In this document: in pieces, positions 39,264-53,399 of the stretch | Numbering within the stretch: the stretch's first letter is position 1 | How the letters are laid out: each line of letters begins with the position of its first letter | Assembly: GCF_009914755.1 (NCBI RefSeq) | Contig: NC_060933.1 | DNA: 64,000 nucleotides | Direction: 5' to 3' (one strand) | Source of the DNA: the human T2T-CHM13v2.0 reference genome, Homo sapiens | Position numbers and translations under genes: made by a program | The notes under the pieces: generated by a model | Databases searched by the model: none | What the model was told of the DNA's origin: nothing | The model's input: only the letters and a program-made list of their open reading frames with translations

Positions 39264-40441
39264 TGAATGGATTAACATATCTTTAGGAGCACTGGTAATT
39301 AAAGTTTTGCCCTATAGGGATATGCATTGTTTCCATTCACAGGTCAAAACTCATCATCCTTCTCTCCCTTCCCCTACACACTACTAAGGAAACTACATGT
39401 TAGAGGATTGTAAACGACAGTTTTTAGTATCACCTAGAAAACCCGTTTTCTTATAAGAAAAAAAATGATAGGAGAGTTCTAGTGAAAGATACAAAAACAA
39501 TTCCTCAGTTATAGAAGAGAAGCTATAGGGTGCATGAAACCAAGCATTTAGAAGAAAAGATAAAGTTTAATTTCTTTGTTTGGAATATCTTAATAGACAG
39601 TCTTATGTCACTAGGTGATTTTAGCCTATATCCAAAAAGATTTAGCTGACTGAATTAAGTTAATCCTTTTTATTCTGGCCACTTGATAATGGTCAACTAA
39701 GAAATCCAAATAATTAAAAGGGCTTTGTTTTTACCTAAACCCGCATATAAACCACCTCACTGGCTCAATGAAAAGTGAATATTATGATCTGGGAATAACA
39801 AAATCAATCCTGATAAATTCATTATCTACATTTTTGACTGAAACTGGATTGAGCAGAAAAACTGATCGTTTTCACCCACACTCTTGACTTCTGAATCAAG
39901 GATGATTTAGGCTTTAGGAGTTAGATCTACAAACACAGAATTTGAAATGGGCCCTAGGGAATGAGAAGAAACTGTCACTTTCCACTAGCGTAAAAGAAAT
40001 AGTGTTAGGCAACATTGTTCTTAAGAGACTCAAATAATTTTGGCTGCCCCAAAGGGTTTCAGTTCTTTGTAGTTTCATCTACTTATTTCTCAGTGATGAT
40101 ATTTATTGAAATAAATTCATGATCCTAAGTCAAAAGAATATCTGCAGTCTGTGGCTATGTTGATCTTTCTTTGTTTTCACTAGACTTTTTCATTATGTTT
40201 TAAATCTTGATGTGTAATATTGTAGAAGAAAACCAGATTACATATCACTCTAAGCCTATGACTGTTCCAAATGGAACTACTCTAACATTGTTGACTTACT
40301 GGAAAGAAAGTGTTTTTAATAATAAAGCAAACAGTTACCTGTCTGGTTAACATTTATCAGTGGCGCTGAGTCATTTTATCACTTGATCATTCTATTTTGT
40401 TTTTTAAGAAAGGAATGGTCAATAAAAAAGTACAAATTTTA

Positions 40442-40742
40442 AGCCGGTGCGGTGGCTCACGCCTGTAATCCCAGCACTTTGGGAGGCCGAGGCAGGCAGA
40501 TCACCTGAGGTCGGGAGTTTGAGACCAGCCTGACCAATATGGAGAAACCCTGTCTCTACTAAAAATACAAAATTAGCCAGACGTGGTGGCGGGCATTTGT
40601 AATTCCCAGTTACTCAGGAGGCTGAGGCAGGAAAATCGCTTGAACCTGGGAGGCGGAGGTTGCAGTGAGCCAAGATCCTGCCATTGCTTGCCAGCCTGGG
40701 CAACAAGAGCAAAACTCTGTCTCAAAAAAAAAAAAAAAAAAA
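40442..40742 (+). mobile_element. AluSp with 18-bp TSD
   Basis: 'tcgggagttt', 'ctgaccaatatggagaaacc'. TSD aaaaaagtacaaatttta at 40424-40441 and 40743-40760. Confidence 0.94.
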
Positions 40743-40836
40743 AAAAAAGTACAAATTTTAGTAAAAGTGAAAATAAAGGTATCTCTTAAGAAATTAAGCC
40801 TCCTATTAACCTTGACTTAGCCAATCATGCTACCTA

Positions 40837-41180
<344 letters not shown>

Positions 41181-41274
41181 GAAAATATGAATAAAACAAT
41201 GTAATTTTGTCATAATTACAGAAGAACACATTGCTTGCTACAACAAATACTGATACGGAAATGTTCCTTCATAT

Positions 41275-41680
41275 AACAGTCAGAATAGTCATATTAATGT
41301 TGTGGTAACAAACAGCCTCTAATTTTAGTGGCTTAAATAACATGGGCTAACTTTTGGTTCACCTTGGCTTCCTACTATGGGTGAATGGGAAACTGTAATT
41401 GTAACAACTCAGTGATCTAGACTGGTAGAGTAGTGACGTGCTTGAAAATTGCTGGTCTCCAGGCCAGAAAGAAAAAAGATAGTCTTGCACTGGTAATTAA
41501 ATTTTTGCCCTATAGTGATATGCATTGTTTCCATTCACAAGTTGTTTGTGAAAACTCATCATCCTTCTCTCCCTACCCCTACACACTACTAAGGAAACTA
41601 GAGGGGAAATCACACAAATGATCTTCAAGAGACAGAAGTTTGTGGATAGAAAATGTAGACATTGAACTGACAACTAACAC
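41275..41680 (-). mobile_element. Ancient MLT1 (J/K-like) LTR
   Basis: 'gttgtggtaacaaacagcctctaattttagtggcttaaataac' is the typical reverse-strand MLT1 terminus. Confidence 0.6.
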
Positions 41681-42027
41681 AAACCTAATGTACAATTTAC
41701 CTAATATACAATTGAGGAATGATAATAAGTACTTTAATTGAGAAAGGGAAAGATTGGGAGGCACACAGAGATTTTACTTTTCTGCTGAATATAAAGCCCA
41801 ACTGATTAAAAATTTTAAGATCTCTTATCTTGGGGATGAAGGATGCTGCTTGCTTTGTTTTTTAATCAGTCCCAAGTTCAATATTCTTTATGACTCTCAG
41901 CTCCGTGCTCTGGGGGTTTCCTTTTTCTCTGTTATTCTCCTTGGCCATATTCACAAGAGTGATGGAGAATAAACCTTTGTTTGGTGACTGAGCAGTGTTC
42001 TCAGCCTGATTCCTGCCAGTAGAAGTG

Positions 42028-42121
42028 TACAAGCCCATAAAGAATGACATTCTTTTATTTGCAACAATATGGATAGAACTGGAGGTCATTATACTAAGTG
42101 AAATAAGACAGGCACAGAAAG
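42028..42121 (+). mobile_element. Isolated L1 3'-UTR fragment of about 95 bp
   Basis: 'tttgcaacaatatggatagaactggaggtcattatactaagtgaaataagacaggcacagaaag'. Confidence 0.85.
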
Positions 42122-45049
42122 TCATTTCAGATTTTAAGCAGTTGCAGTCTCTTGTAATCCAAACTGATGGTCCTTTTAACCAGAATAACCACAAGGGCAT
42201 GGTCTTAGAGAACTAGGGAAATGGGTACTATTTGTGGTGTGCTTGTGAGCTAGAGTCAGGAACTAAGCAGAGATTTAGAACTTGAGCTAAGTTCAGTAGG
42301 ATTCCACTGTCAGTAAGGCCTTTGAGCCAAGTAATCTTAGCCACAATAGGAACCAAGCTTAGCGTGAAAAGACCGTAGTCCTCTCTGCCTGGTGTTTTTA
42401 AGGATATGTAAGCGGTAGCTGCCTACATCATAACTGGGTTAAAGGACACACAGGGCTGAGTCTGTAAGTTTAAGCAAGAAATTGAAGAATTCAAGAAGGC
42501 AGTGACTGACAGTGCTTTGTCCCAGATTACATAAAGAGTTGATGAGAACAAAGGAGATCTCTTGATTTTGGGACTATAATTTAGCTTGGGCAAATTCTCC
42601 ACCATGCTCTTCAAAGATGTTTAAAAAAGAGACAACAATGCAAAGAAAGCAAAATAGAAAATTTTAATTTGCTTAACTCTTTCATAATGTTTTCAAGTCA
42701 CCCTAAATATGAGGGAATGGAGTCCCTGTGGGTTCCAGTGTTTTGCCCAGGCAGGTCATATCACAAGAAGACGATATGCCTGACTCCCCTGCCTGCCAAG
42801 ATAGCACATTCACCCACTGTGCTGCCTATCCCAATTTTAATTAAATGCACATATGTTCTTGTTTTGCTTTTGTTCTTTCTGTCTAAACTCATCATTCCCA
42901 AGTTTTGATCCTACTTATTACTCCAAAATGTCCTCAGAATGGCATAACTCTAAAATATTCTATTATGGGTTTTGAACTCAAAATTATCTATGTTTGAATT
43001 CAAATCTACTTAGGCAAAATATTCACGATTTCGCATGCATTTTTCTCAAATAGAGATAATACTGCTGATAGGTAATAAGAATACCACAGAGGGGAAGGGG
43101 CTCTACTGTTTAGGGGAGAATGGTATCAGGGCAATAGTCTGCTTCCTTTTTTCACATCTTACTCCATTAATGGAGAAGCAAGAGTGGGTAAGTTTTCTCT
43201 CTCTTTTGATTGGAGAAAGAAGATTTAATTTTCAAAATTAGCTTCTTCTGCTTTTTTTTTCCTTCATTTGATTTGACCTGCTCCTTACATGCAGATTTTC
43301 ATCTCTTTACCAAGCAAGTCAAAAGAAACTCCAGTCTATATTCCTGCAGTGAAGAGATGGGGTGGAAAACAAGGGGGAAACTGCAGTTGATCAATTATTG
43401 TGACCTGGTGGGTAACATGTGTCCAGAGAAAAGAAGAAAAAGGCCATATTGTTGTTGGGCCCAGTCTGGATGCTAAGATCTTCCCCTGCCCTCCTTTGCA
43501 AATTTGATATTTTGATGATTATTTGCTTCTTAAATCTTAAAAGATGCAAAATATGTAACATAAAACTTGCTACAAAGTTAGTGTTCAATAATTATATACT
43601 ATTTTATTATACATATATATTTGACATTTGTGTATAACTTATATGTATATATGCGTATAACATATATATAATATATGTATGTATAGTTTGTGTATAACTT
43701 TTCCACTAATGTTAATGCTATTTGCTTTTTGTAAGAAATTGCAGGGAGAAGGCAGAAATAGCATATAAAACCTTGTTAGTTTATTACCTGTGATGCAAAT
43801 TTCTCTTTAGACAAATTTCTCTTTGTTTCTAAAACTTCTACATTTTCTTCTGTAAGGTAAGTAGGGCTGGTCATGACTGCCTCAGAGTTAGTGTAAGTTA
43901 AAACTAATCGATAAGCCAGAGCAATATTGATTCAGGTATTCTATAAATGATTCCTTGTTATGATTCTTAAATCTAGAATTGTATTAATTAAGAATATGGA
44001 TTGCAAATTAAAGAAACTAACTCAAGCTAGCTACCAAAAAAAAAAAAAAATGTTTTTTAGAAGCCTCCTGATTATCTCATTAAATTCAAGGAAACACTGG
44101 AAAACCATGCCTCAGGATGGTAGTAACCCTGGGAACAACTGAAGAAATAAACTTTTATTTCAAGCTCTGCCATAGTGTAACCCACTAACCCCAACTAGTC
44201 AGACTAGCAGGTCAAATTCTCTTTTTTGAATCTTATTATCATAACTCGAATTATGTATCAGGCATGAGTCAGCCAGACCCTGTGGCTTATAGGTTAGGCA
44301 GACACTTCCCAAGTTGTTTTCCATAAGTCTTCAAAAAGAAATTATTTGAAAATACTATAAGAAGATAATTATGGAGAATATTATTAATGGATTCCTTATG
44401 TTGCTCAATTTGCCTTGTATGAAGATCACAGTGTCAAATTCCTCTTAATGCTTAGGTTGAAGAAAAACCTTACTTCTTCTGAATAAATGCATTGCTTTTC
44501 AAGTAGAAAATGTGACCTACATATCAGATCTTATCTCTCTTTGCCTTTGTTTCTCCAAAGCTCAGAACAAAATCTTATTCTCTCATTTTCTTCTATCCCT
44601 CTTCAATCAGAATTTTTGAAAATTCCATACCACTTTTGTTTCTTCTTATTTCTAATAATAAATGATCTTACTATACTACCTCCATGTTTAAGGTGTCTCA
44701 AATGTGTTTTGGAGTGGATGTCATTTAAACGAATAAAGATCATTCAAATAACAAAATTTTGAGAAACGAATAGTATACTTTAGATTTATAGATATGCTAA
44801 GTTAATGAGTTATATTTATTTACCATTATTTCTTTGTAACCTACACAAAGTCAGCTAAATTTGAACATTAATCCTACCTTCATAGCATATTGGTAATAAA
44901 GAACTCATGTTCTTATAGGCCCAAATATCAGTGTATGTCCTTTATTTGCTAGTCTTCACTCTAGTCCCTTATATTCTTTTTGATTAAGATCATTGATCTA
45001 GCTATTGAATCTCAGTGTTCTTCTCTGTTTGGTATTGGGGATTGAAATT

Positions 45050-45290
45050 TAGTATATTGGTCAAGAGAATGGACTATACAGTTTGCCTGATTTAAATTCA
45101 AATTCTGGTTACTAGCTATGTCACTTTGGGAGAGTTATCTAAATTTCAATTTATGTATCTGTACATATGGGATGCTAATACCCACTCAATCAGGTTGTCA
45201 TAGAGATTAAAATAAAATGTCTTATAAAAGCTCATAGCAGGGCATAAAGCAGGAGCTAAGTAATTGGCAGTGATCATTATTATTACTATG
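45050..45290 (+). mobile_element. MIR
   Basis: 'actagctatgtcactttggg...caggttgtcatagagattaaaataaaatg'. Confidence 0.75.
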
Positions 45291-45529
45291 GCGGTGATTT
45301 AACTACCTTTCTGCAGGTTATTGAATTTCCAGTTATTTTGGTGATTTCTAAGGCGTTATTGCTCTTGCCATCAATCCTTATTGGTTCATTTAACTTCTGC
45401 ATGTTTTGTTGTACTGCTGTTTACTGTTTCATTTTTCATTGCTTAGAATCCTATGCTGTATGTTCTCATACTTTTCATTTTATTATAACGTTCAAATATT
45501 TATCACGTTTAGAATATGTACCACACGTG

Positions 45530-45650
45530 TTTTTCTCAGACAAATATAAGCTCCACAAGGAAAGAGACCACATCAGTTGTTTTCTCTGTATCATCACCCA
45601 TGCATAGCATAGTGCCTGCAGCACAGTAGGGATTCAACAAATTTTTATTG
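45530..45650 (+). mobile_element. L2 3' end
   Basis: 'aatataagctccacaagg...agcatagtgcctgcagcacagtagggattcaacaaatttttattga'. Confidence 0.75.
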
Positions 45651-45750
45651 ATGTCAATCATATTTCTGTCATTTTTTTTTCTACTCTGCACTTTGCACAT
45701 CCCTTGCCTTGCCTTCTCGTGGATGGTTTTTATAGCTCTTGCTTCTTTAA

Positions 45751-46296
<546 letters not shown>

Positions 46297-47714
46297 TAAA
46301 AATTTTTCCAAGCAGCAGCCCCAAAGAAAGAACATTCAAGACTATAGGCTGAGTCAGAACTGGAGATTCAGCTCTTTCATTTATAACCCTTTGCTGCCCA
46401 CTGTATGAATTTACAGTGGCACATTATCATCTTAACTGCCTTTTAATGGTAATGGTGATGTCCTGCAAATTGAGAAAAAAGATGTTGACTGTGAATTCCT
46501 AGGAGATTATAGGCCCAATAACTACTGTTATTAGTTCCAGGATGATTGCCAATAATGCAGCATCACTTAGGCTCCATTATTTGCAATCTTAAGGGCTTTA
46601 AGAATCATCTAAATTCCCTAAACCATTATCTTTAACTTAGACCGGACTACGATGCTGATAAGCACAACTGGGGTTCAGTCATTAGATATCTAAATTGGGA
46701 AATTATTGTCTTTTTAGTAAAATGCCCTTTTAGAAAATAAGTTAGAAAGGGTTTCTAAGGGTTAATTAGTGGTAGGAAAATAAATGCTACTCCTTTCTTC
46801 CCACCCCCAGCAGGTTCGTAAGCTATTTCTATATAAGCAAGACTGAAGGAGCTTCAGCATGCTATCTACTAATGACCTTAACATTAAACTTCGGAAGCCA
46901 CATGGACACTCTTACATATAGAGTGGAGAGATTTCTGTCCACTCTAGGGATTGTTTCAAGCTTAGTTCATATAAAGCATCAGTGTGAACACAACCAGCAT
47001 CTTTTGGTTATTCTAATGGGAGACTTTGTAGTTCTGTTTCGGCTAGAGGACAACAATCCATATATGTTTGAAATGAAGCCATTAACTATTCAGAGAGGAA
47101 ATATCTGAAAATTAAAAATTCAGGTTTTCTATAATAGCTTCTAGGATTTTTTGATGTATAAAAGTGGTACTGGGGCATACTGGAAAGAATATGGTTTTGA
47201 AATTAGATACATCTGTTTAGATATTTCTAGATGTAAGGCCTTAGGCACATCAACCTCTCTAAGGACAATATTTATCTTCCCACATTGTTAGGAGTAAGTA
47301 AGGTAATTTATGCAAAGATTTTCAGAACTTGGAAATGTAGAACAAGAAACAAAAATCAAGGGAAAAAAGGAAAAGGCGAGTGTAGGTGAGGGCTTGGAGG
47401 TAGGCTTTGCAGAGACTTTGGGAGTTCTGATGCATAGGAGCAATATTAGTATGAAAAAAAAAAATTGGAAACAAAAAAGACAATTTAAAGAAGCATCACT
47501 GTGGGTTGCAAGCTCCCTTCATTGTACTTTGAAAAATGCAACTAAAGATCTTAAATTGTTTGGAATTTCTTTTATTTCTAAACTGTGTTCCTAGAGTGAG
47601 ATGTTGTCTTGAGGCTGGAGCATTGAGATCAATATAAATTCTTACATCAGCATAACTGCTTCTCTCTCCCCTGCCCCACATATTGGTTGGTTTCACCAGA
47701 TTCCAAAGTAGAGG

Positions 47715-47950
47715 AAACAGCCATGGTAGAAAGACACTGGTTTGATTTCATAAGATCTCAGTTTAAAGTGCTTAATCTCACTTTCTCACTTAACACTTAA
47801 AAATATTATTTAATCTCCTGATTTTTATTGTCTATTCTATAAGTTAAGAATAATAATACCTCACTTCGTTGTTATAGTGATTAGGTGAACTCATGCATAA
47901 AAACATACAGCATGGAAACAAGTTTTATATTATTTGATAATATTGGTGTT
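47715..47950 (+). mobile_element. MIR
   Basis: 'aataataatacctcacttcgttgttatagtgattaggtga'. Confidence 0.65.
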
Positions 47951-48129
47951 GTTAAATTCAATCAAGAAATAAGGCACCAGAGGAATAGATTAAGAGCAGC
48001 CCTTTCAACTCTTCCTTGCTGTTGTTGGGGCAGGGTGGGGGGTTGGGTTGCTACTCCAGAGAATAATTTGAAAGGGACTCTCTTTTCCCATCTTGTGTTT
48101 CTATTGTATTATTTGTCTCTTTTGCTTTA

Positions 48130-48504
<375 letters not shown>

Positions 48505-48577
48505 AAAGAAAGAAAGCAAGAAAGAGAGAGAGAGAGAGAAAGAAAGAGAGAGAGAGAGAAAGAAAGAAAGAAAGAAA

Positions 48578-48628
<51 letters not shown>
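48505..48628 (+). repeat. (GA)n/(GAAA)n polypurine STR derived from the Alu tail
   Basis: Directly visible; a pure GAAA run of about 12 units at the distal end. Confidence 0.95.
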
Positions 48629-48629
<1 letters not shown>

Positions 48630-50247
48630 CAGCCACACTTTGACAATTTTGTTCAGATCCAGAACAATATATTCTCCTTTCATCAATCTCCATCTATTTT
48701 ATATGTATCCACAATTATGTGATATGTGCTACAAAATCGGAGCTGTTTTTTTCATTGGTTCTCTTTATAACAGCATAGCCTGTTTAATGTTCTATGAAAA
48801 TAAAGACATTTATTAAAAATGCTCAGTAATTGTAAGTTAGTTGCCATATTAATATAATATAAAACATGTCTGAGGGTTGCTAAAGATAAATGTTTTCCAA
48901 GGGAAGAAATTCAGTTGTAAGAATCTGCTGACCCCAGTACTCTACTCTGAACTGAGAATTGTAAAGCCAGCTCTACAAACTAGTTATCTATCATTGGGCC
49001 TATCTTCAGGCAGAGTGATTATTCTACCTGAGCCTACATTTCCTTATCTATTGACTAAATGGTATCATAATCTGCTCTAGATGTCACTAATTGAGAAGAC
49101 AAACTCATAATTGCCATGTTTAGGGAAAGCAGAGGAAGCAAATAGGGAAGAACCAAGATTTTAAATCTGAAACCAGCACTAAAAAGGTAACACACTAAGG
49201 ATAACATTAGCAGGGGTCCAGAGATGATTGAGATGCATTTATAGTGTTGTGATCATGTGGTATAGTCTTGGGAAAAATTAAGAGGGACAAGGTTTTGACA
49301 GCAGCTTGGACTATCTGAAGGCTTGACTTGCTTAAACTTATGAGTGCCCCTTTCACCACAAATACGAGTCTGATTTTTCACCCCAGAGTCTGATAAATTA
49401 ATTTTTGTGCTATTTTTTTTCACTTTACAAGTGCAGTGAGTCTGAAAAAAAAGATAAACTAATTGATATTTCTAATTTGGAAGATAGTTTGATGACAACA
49501 TACAGTGAATCTGAGTGAAAGATATCAGCAACAGTTAAATGATTGCCAAAAACAAATGTTTTGGAGGTCAAAGAGTTGTTGCTTTAGTTGTTTCTTGACT
49601 CTGAAAGAAAAATTTAACTAGAAGTAGCCTCCAAGAGTGAGTGATTATCAATTTGGCTATACCAATTTAAATGTAAATCTCATTCAAAGATACCCTTACA
49701 AAAACAAACAGAATGGTCCCAGCCAAGGTGACACATAATTCAAACACTGGTTGGAAGGTATGTCAAACAGTCTCATATATCGGTATTATATATGCAATAT
49801 GTAATATAATATAATCTATAATGTACAATATATCACATTACAATGCATTAATCTCAGTTTTATCTCTTTCTGTCCATATCTATCTATCTACTTACATATT
49901 GTCAGTCAACCAATCTCAAAAAATATAACAACTAATCAGGTGCCAACCATAATCTTGAGACACAGGCTTGAAGAACATAAACCTAAATGTCTGAAATCTT
50001 AAAAGATCAAGTTTAAGTCTAAAATCCTGAAAATAACAATTTCCAAAGATTAAAATTCCCAAGTGTTGAAATCCTGAAAGCCAAACACTGGAGAAGGGAT
50101 TAGTGCATTTTTAGTTGGATGCAAGATAGTTGCATCATATTAGTAGTACTATGCCAATCAGAACTATTTCCTTGCTACTGTCTCATATTTGGAAATTAAA
50201 TATGTTTTAATGAGATGCATATGGGTGCCAGGTTGACAAAGGGTGAA

Positions 50248-50801
50248 CTTGTGGCCTTAATTTTAGATGTCAATGTGACTGGATTAAGGAATACGTAGAA
50301 ACCTGGTAAAGCATTATTTTGGATATATCTATGAGAATGTTTCCAGAGATTAGTGTGTGTGTCTGAGTAGTCTAGGTGGGGAATGTCTGCCCTCAATGTT
50401 GGCAGGCACCATCCAATTAGCCAGGTGCCTGGAGAAAACAAATAAAGAAGATGAGCTGATCTCTCTGAGAACTGACAGAGACTTGACTTCTGCTGCCTTG
50501 GATATCAGAACTCTAGGTTCACCAGCCTTTGGACTCCAGAACTTAACACTAGTGGCCCTCTGGTTCCAGAGGTATTTAGTCTTAGACTAAGAGTTACACC
50601 TTTCACTTCCCTGGCTCTTAGGAGTTTGGGGGACTGAGCTGCACTACCAGACCCATCCCACGTTCTCCAGCTTGCAGGTGGCCTGTCATGGGACTTCTTA
50701 GCCTCCATAATCACATGAGCCAATTCCCCTAATAAATTGCTTCATATATCATTATACGTATCCTATTGTTTCCATTTCTCTGAAGAACGCTGACTTATAC
50801 A
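50248..50801 (+). mobile_element. MLT2B (ERVL) LTR carried inside Ricksha, preceded by a short ERVL internal end
   Basis: 'ttaattttagatgtcaatgtgactggattaaggaatacgtagaaacctggtaaagc...gaagaacgctgacttataca'. Confidence 0.85.
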
Positions 50802-50925
50802 GATCTGATACTGAGGAAGCCAAATATAATTTCTTTTTCTGTATTCCCTACAATAGGGCATCTATTCCTACAGTAGAAACTGTTCCCTCAAAAAAAAAAA
50901 AAAGGCTGTGATGTTAAGTTTATGA

Positions 50926-51117
50926 GGCTACTTAGATAAATGTTTAAAAGCTAATTATTATTGGTGCTGCAAAAGCAGGAAATTGCTTAATTGCAATGGC
51001 CAAGCAAAAACCAGACTTACAGTTGGACAGCATATACTTGCAAAATTTGGAGACCACAACCACTCTTCAATTACAAATGCAGTGAGTGTTTCAAAGATCA
51101 TAGAAGAGAAAATGTAG
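50926..51117 (+). pseudogene. FLYWCH-type zinc-finger remnant of a MULE transposase
   Basis: Manual translation: GYLDKCLKANYYWCCKSRKLLNCNGQAKTRLTVGQHILAKFGDHNHSSITNAVSVSKIIEEKM*, bounded by stops. Confidence 0.75.
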
Positions 51118-51824
51118 GTGAAAAATCCAAAAACTACCCCTCCCCTGCCAAACTGTTCAATTATGCAAACTTCTGCCCCTTCACATATCGCACCAATTTG
51201 CTATGTATTACATCTTCATATTAGTTCCAATCCTGCAGGTATGAATTATGTAAAGACTTTTAGAGTTCTTACTTGTTTTATGCATTTTTTGCAAATTTGG
51301 TTGCACAAAAGTGCATTTTCATGATATCGACTTTGTGGCTAAGCATTGTGTGTGTACATAAAAATGTTGAAACTTCCTCAGTAAATTAAGAGATGTCCTT
51401 TTTGAACATCTTCATTTGTGAAATATAAAACTTCTTGAGATCTCAGCTCCTTGGGTGACTTCATATGTGGTGGTGACCCACTGTGGTTTTTGATTGATCC
51501 TGTCGAAAAAATTGGATTGTCTTTCACAGTATTTCAGATGACCAAAAATATAAAGCTGAGTGCATACAATTACCAACCGCAGTGATATGCATTTACACAT
51601 ATTACTTTTTGGCCTGTTTCTCTATGAGTATAGTTTGTCTCCTCACAACTGTTATAATCATGTGACTGTTGTTAGTATACCTGAGTGCTTATGCTTGCCA
51701 AAAATAATATTATCACCTATTTTACTGTGTAAAGTGGCCTATGACATATTCTGTCATGTTTTTATCTGTTTCCCAAATAAATTCCTTTTAGAAATGTAAT
51801 TAAATGTGTTTCTTTACATATATG

Positions 51825-52248
51825 ATCCATTTTATTTCATTGTTTTCTTCTCGTTTAATCAGTACATAAACTTGTACATATTTTTGGGGTGCATGTGATA
51901 GTTGGATACACATATACAATGTGTAGTGATCAAATCAGGATATATAGGGTATCCATTGCTTCAAATATTTATCATTTCTTTGAGAACATTTCAAACCTTA
52001 TCTTTTAACTCTTTTGAAATATAGAATAAGTTATTGTTAACTATAGTCACTTTATCATGCTGTCGAACACTGAAACTTTTTCCTTCTACCTATATGTTGT
52101 ACCCATTAACCAACCTCTCTTCAACTTCCACCCCCACTTTTTGTAGCCCTTGGTAACCATCATTCTACACTCTACCAGCAAGTGATCAACTTTTTAATCT
52201 TCCACATATGAGTGAGAACATGTGATATTTGACCTTCTCTGTCAGGCT
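51825..52248 (-). mobile_element. L1MA 3'-end fragment inserted in Ricksha
   Basis: 'tgtacatatttttggggtgcatgtgata...gtgatcaaatcagg', 'cacatatgagtgagaacatgtgatatttg'. Confidence 0.85.
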
Positions 52249-53399
52249 TTACATAAATGTCTTTTTAAAATGTTTTTAAATTAATTTTTCCAGAATCATA
52301 TTTTTGGGACTTTTATCTTTCAAGATTGTGATTTTGGGGATTTTAGACTTTAGGGATTTTGATCTTTTAGAATTTCAATATTTGGGATGATGGCATTCGA
52401 GACTGTCTTTTCGGATTATGACCCAAACCTATACACAAACATATCTCACATATACATATATAATCAAATATTAAATGTTTATTTGTGTGTAAAGAATAAT
52501 ATATAGTGTGATTTTGTATTTTTTTTTTTATTTCTTTGACTAGTAATTGGTGAAATCTGTAACCAAGTATTATGGATCTCATTAAATTCTGGTTTTGTGT
52601 TGTTTTGGGAGGAGGCAATCCTCTAATTTTTTTTCAGTACCTCCGTGCTCCACATTGAAATGATTTCCCCCCCTTTATATCGAGGTTTAAATTCAGACAT
52701 TATACCATAATGGGCTGTGGACTTAAATCTGTTTGCAAAGCCTGGCTTTAACCAGTGCTGTCCTGAAGCTGGTTTGCCCTGGCTTGGATGAGGAGAGTGT
52801 ATGCATCTTTTCCTGTGTTCAGAGACATCGTATTTGTTGGTGGCTTGAAACTGGCCTTCATGGGGTTACTTACAACACAGAAACTGGCAAATGCTACGAA
52901 GCAGGGTTTTGTTTCTGTTTTTGGTTATTGTTGTTGTTGCTGTTGTTTGTTTTTTCCTTCAAAGGAGCCAGCTCTTAAGCATTTACTATAATACCACTGG
53001 TCTTAATGTTTTTAAATGATGTAATCTTGGACATGTAACCATTCTATTACCTGTTTTTTTGCATTGGAAATGAGGAAAATTATAATTCTTTCTTCTTCCT
53101 TCTCCTTCTTCTTGTCCTTCTTCTGCTTCTCTTTTTCTAGTAAGAGAACATATATTGCAGTGACTTGTATTAAAAGTGCTTAATAAATGCTTTCTTCCAT
53201 TAATTGCGGAGAATTCTCAGTTTATGTATTTAGTTATTTAAAGCTAACACTAAGACTTCATCACTCTATGTGCCTTTCATTTCTGTTGTCTGCCTCTAAT
53301 TTCCTGCCTCCTAGACTCATGCAGTGCTGGAACTTAAAGATCTTCTGTTTTTATCAATAGAATCTTTCTACATTACAAAAATACAAGTATTAAAATTCA

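Larger units (their letters stand above)
49938..52430 (+). mobile_element. Ricksha-type MULE/MuDR non-autonomous DNA transposon
   Basis: Long internally repetitive TIRs: left 'cataatc...gaaatcttaaaagatcaa...aagtctaaaatcctgaaaataacaat', right 'attgtgattttggggattttagactttagggattttgatcttttag...ggattatgacccaaacc'. Carries an MLT2B LTR and a transposase remnant. Confidence 0.85.
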
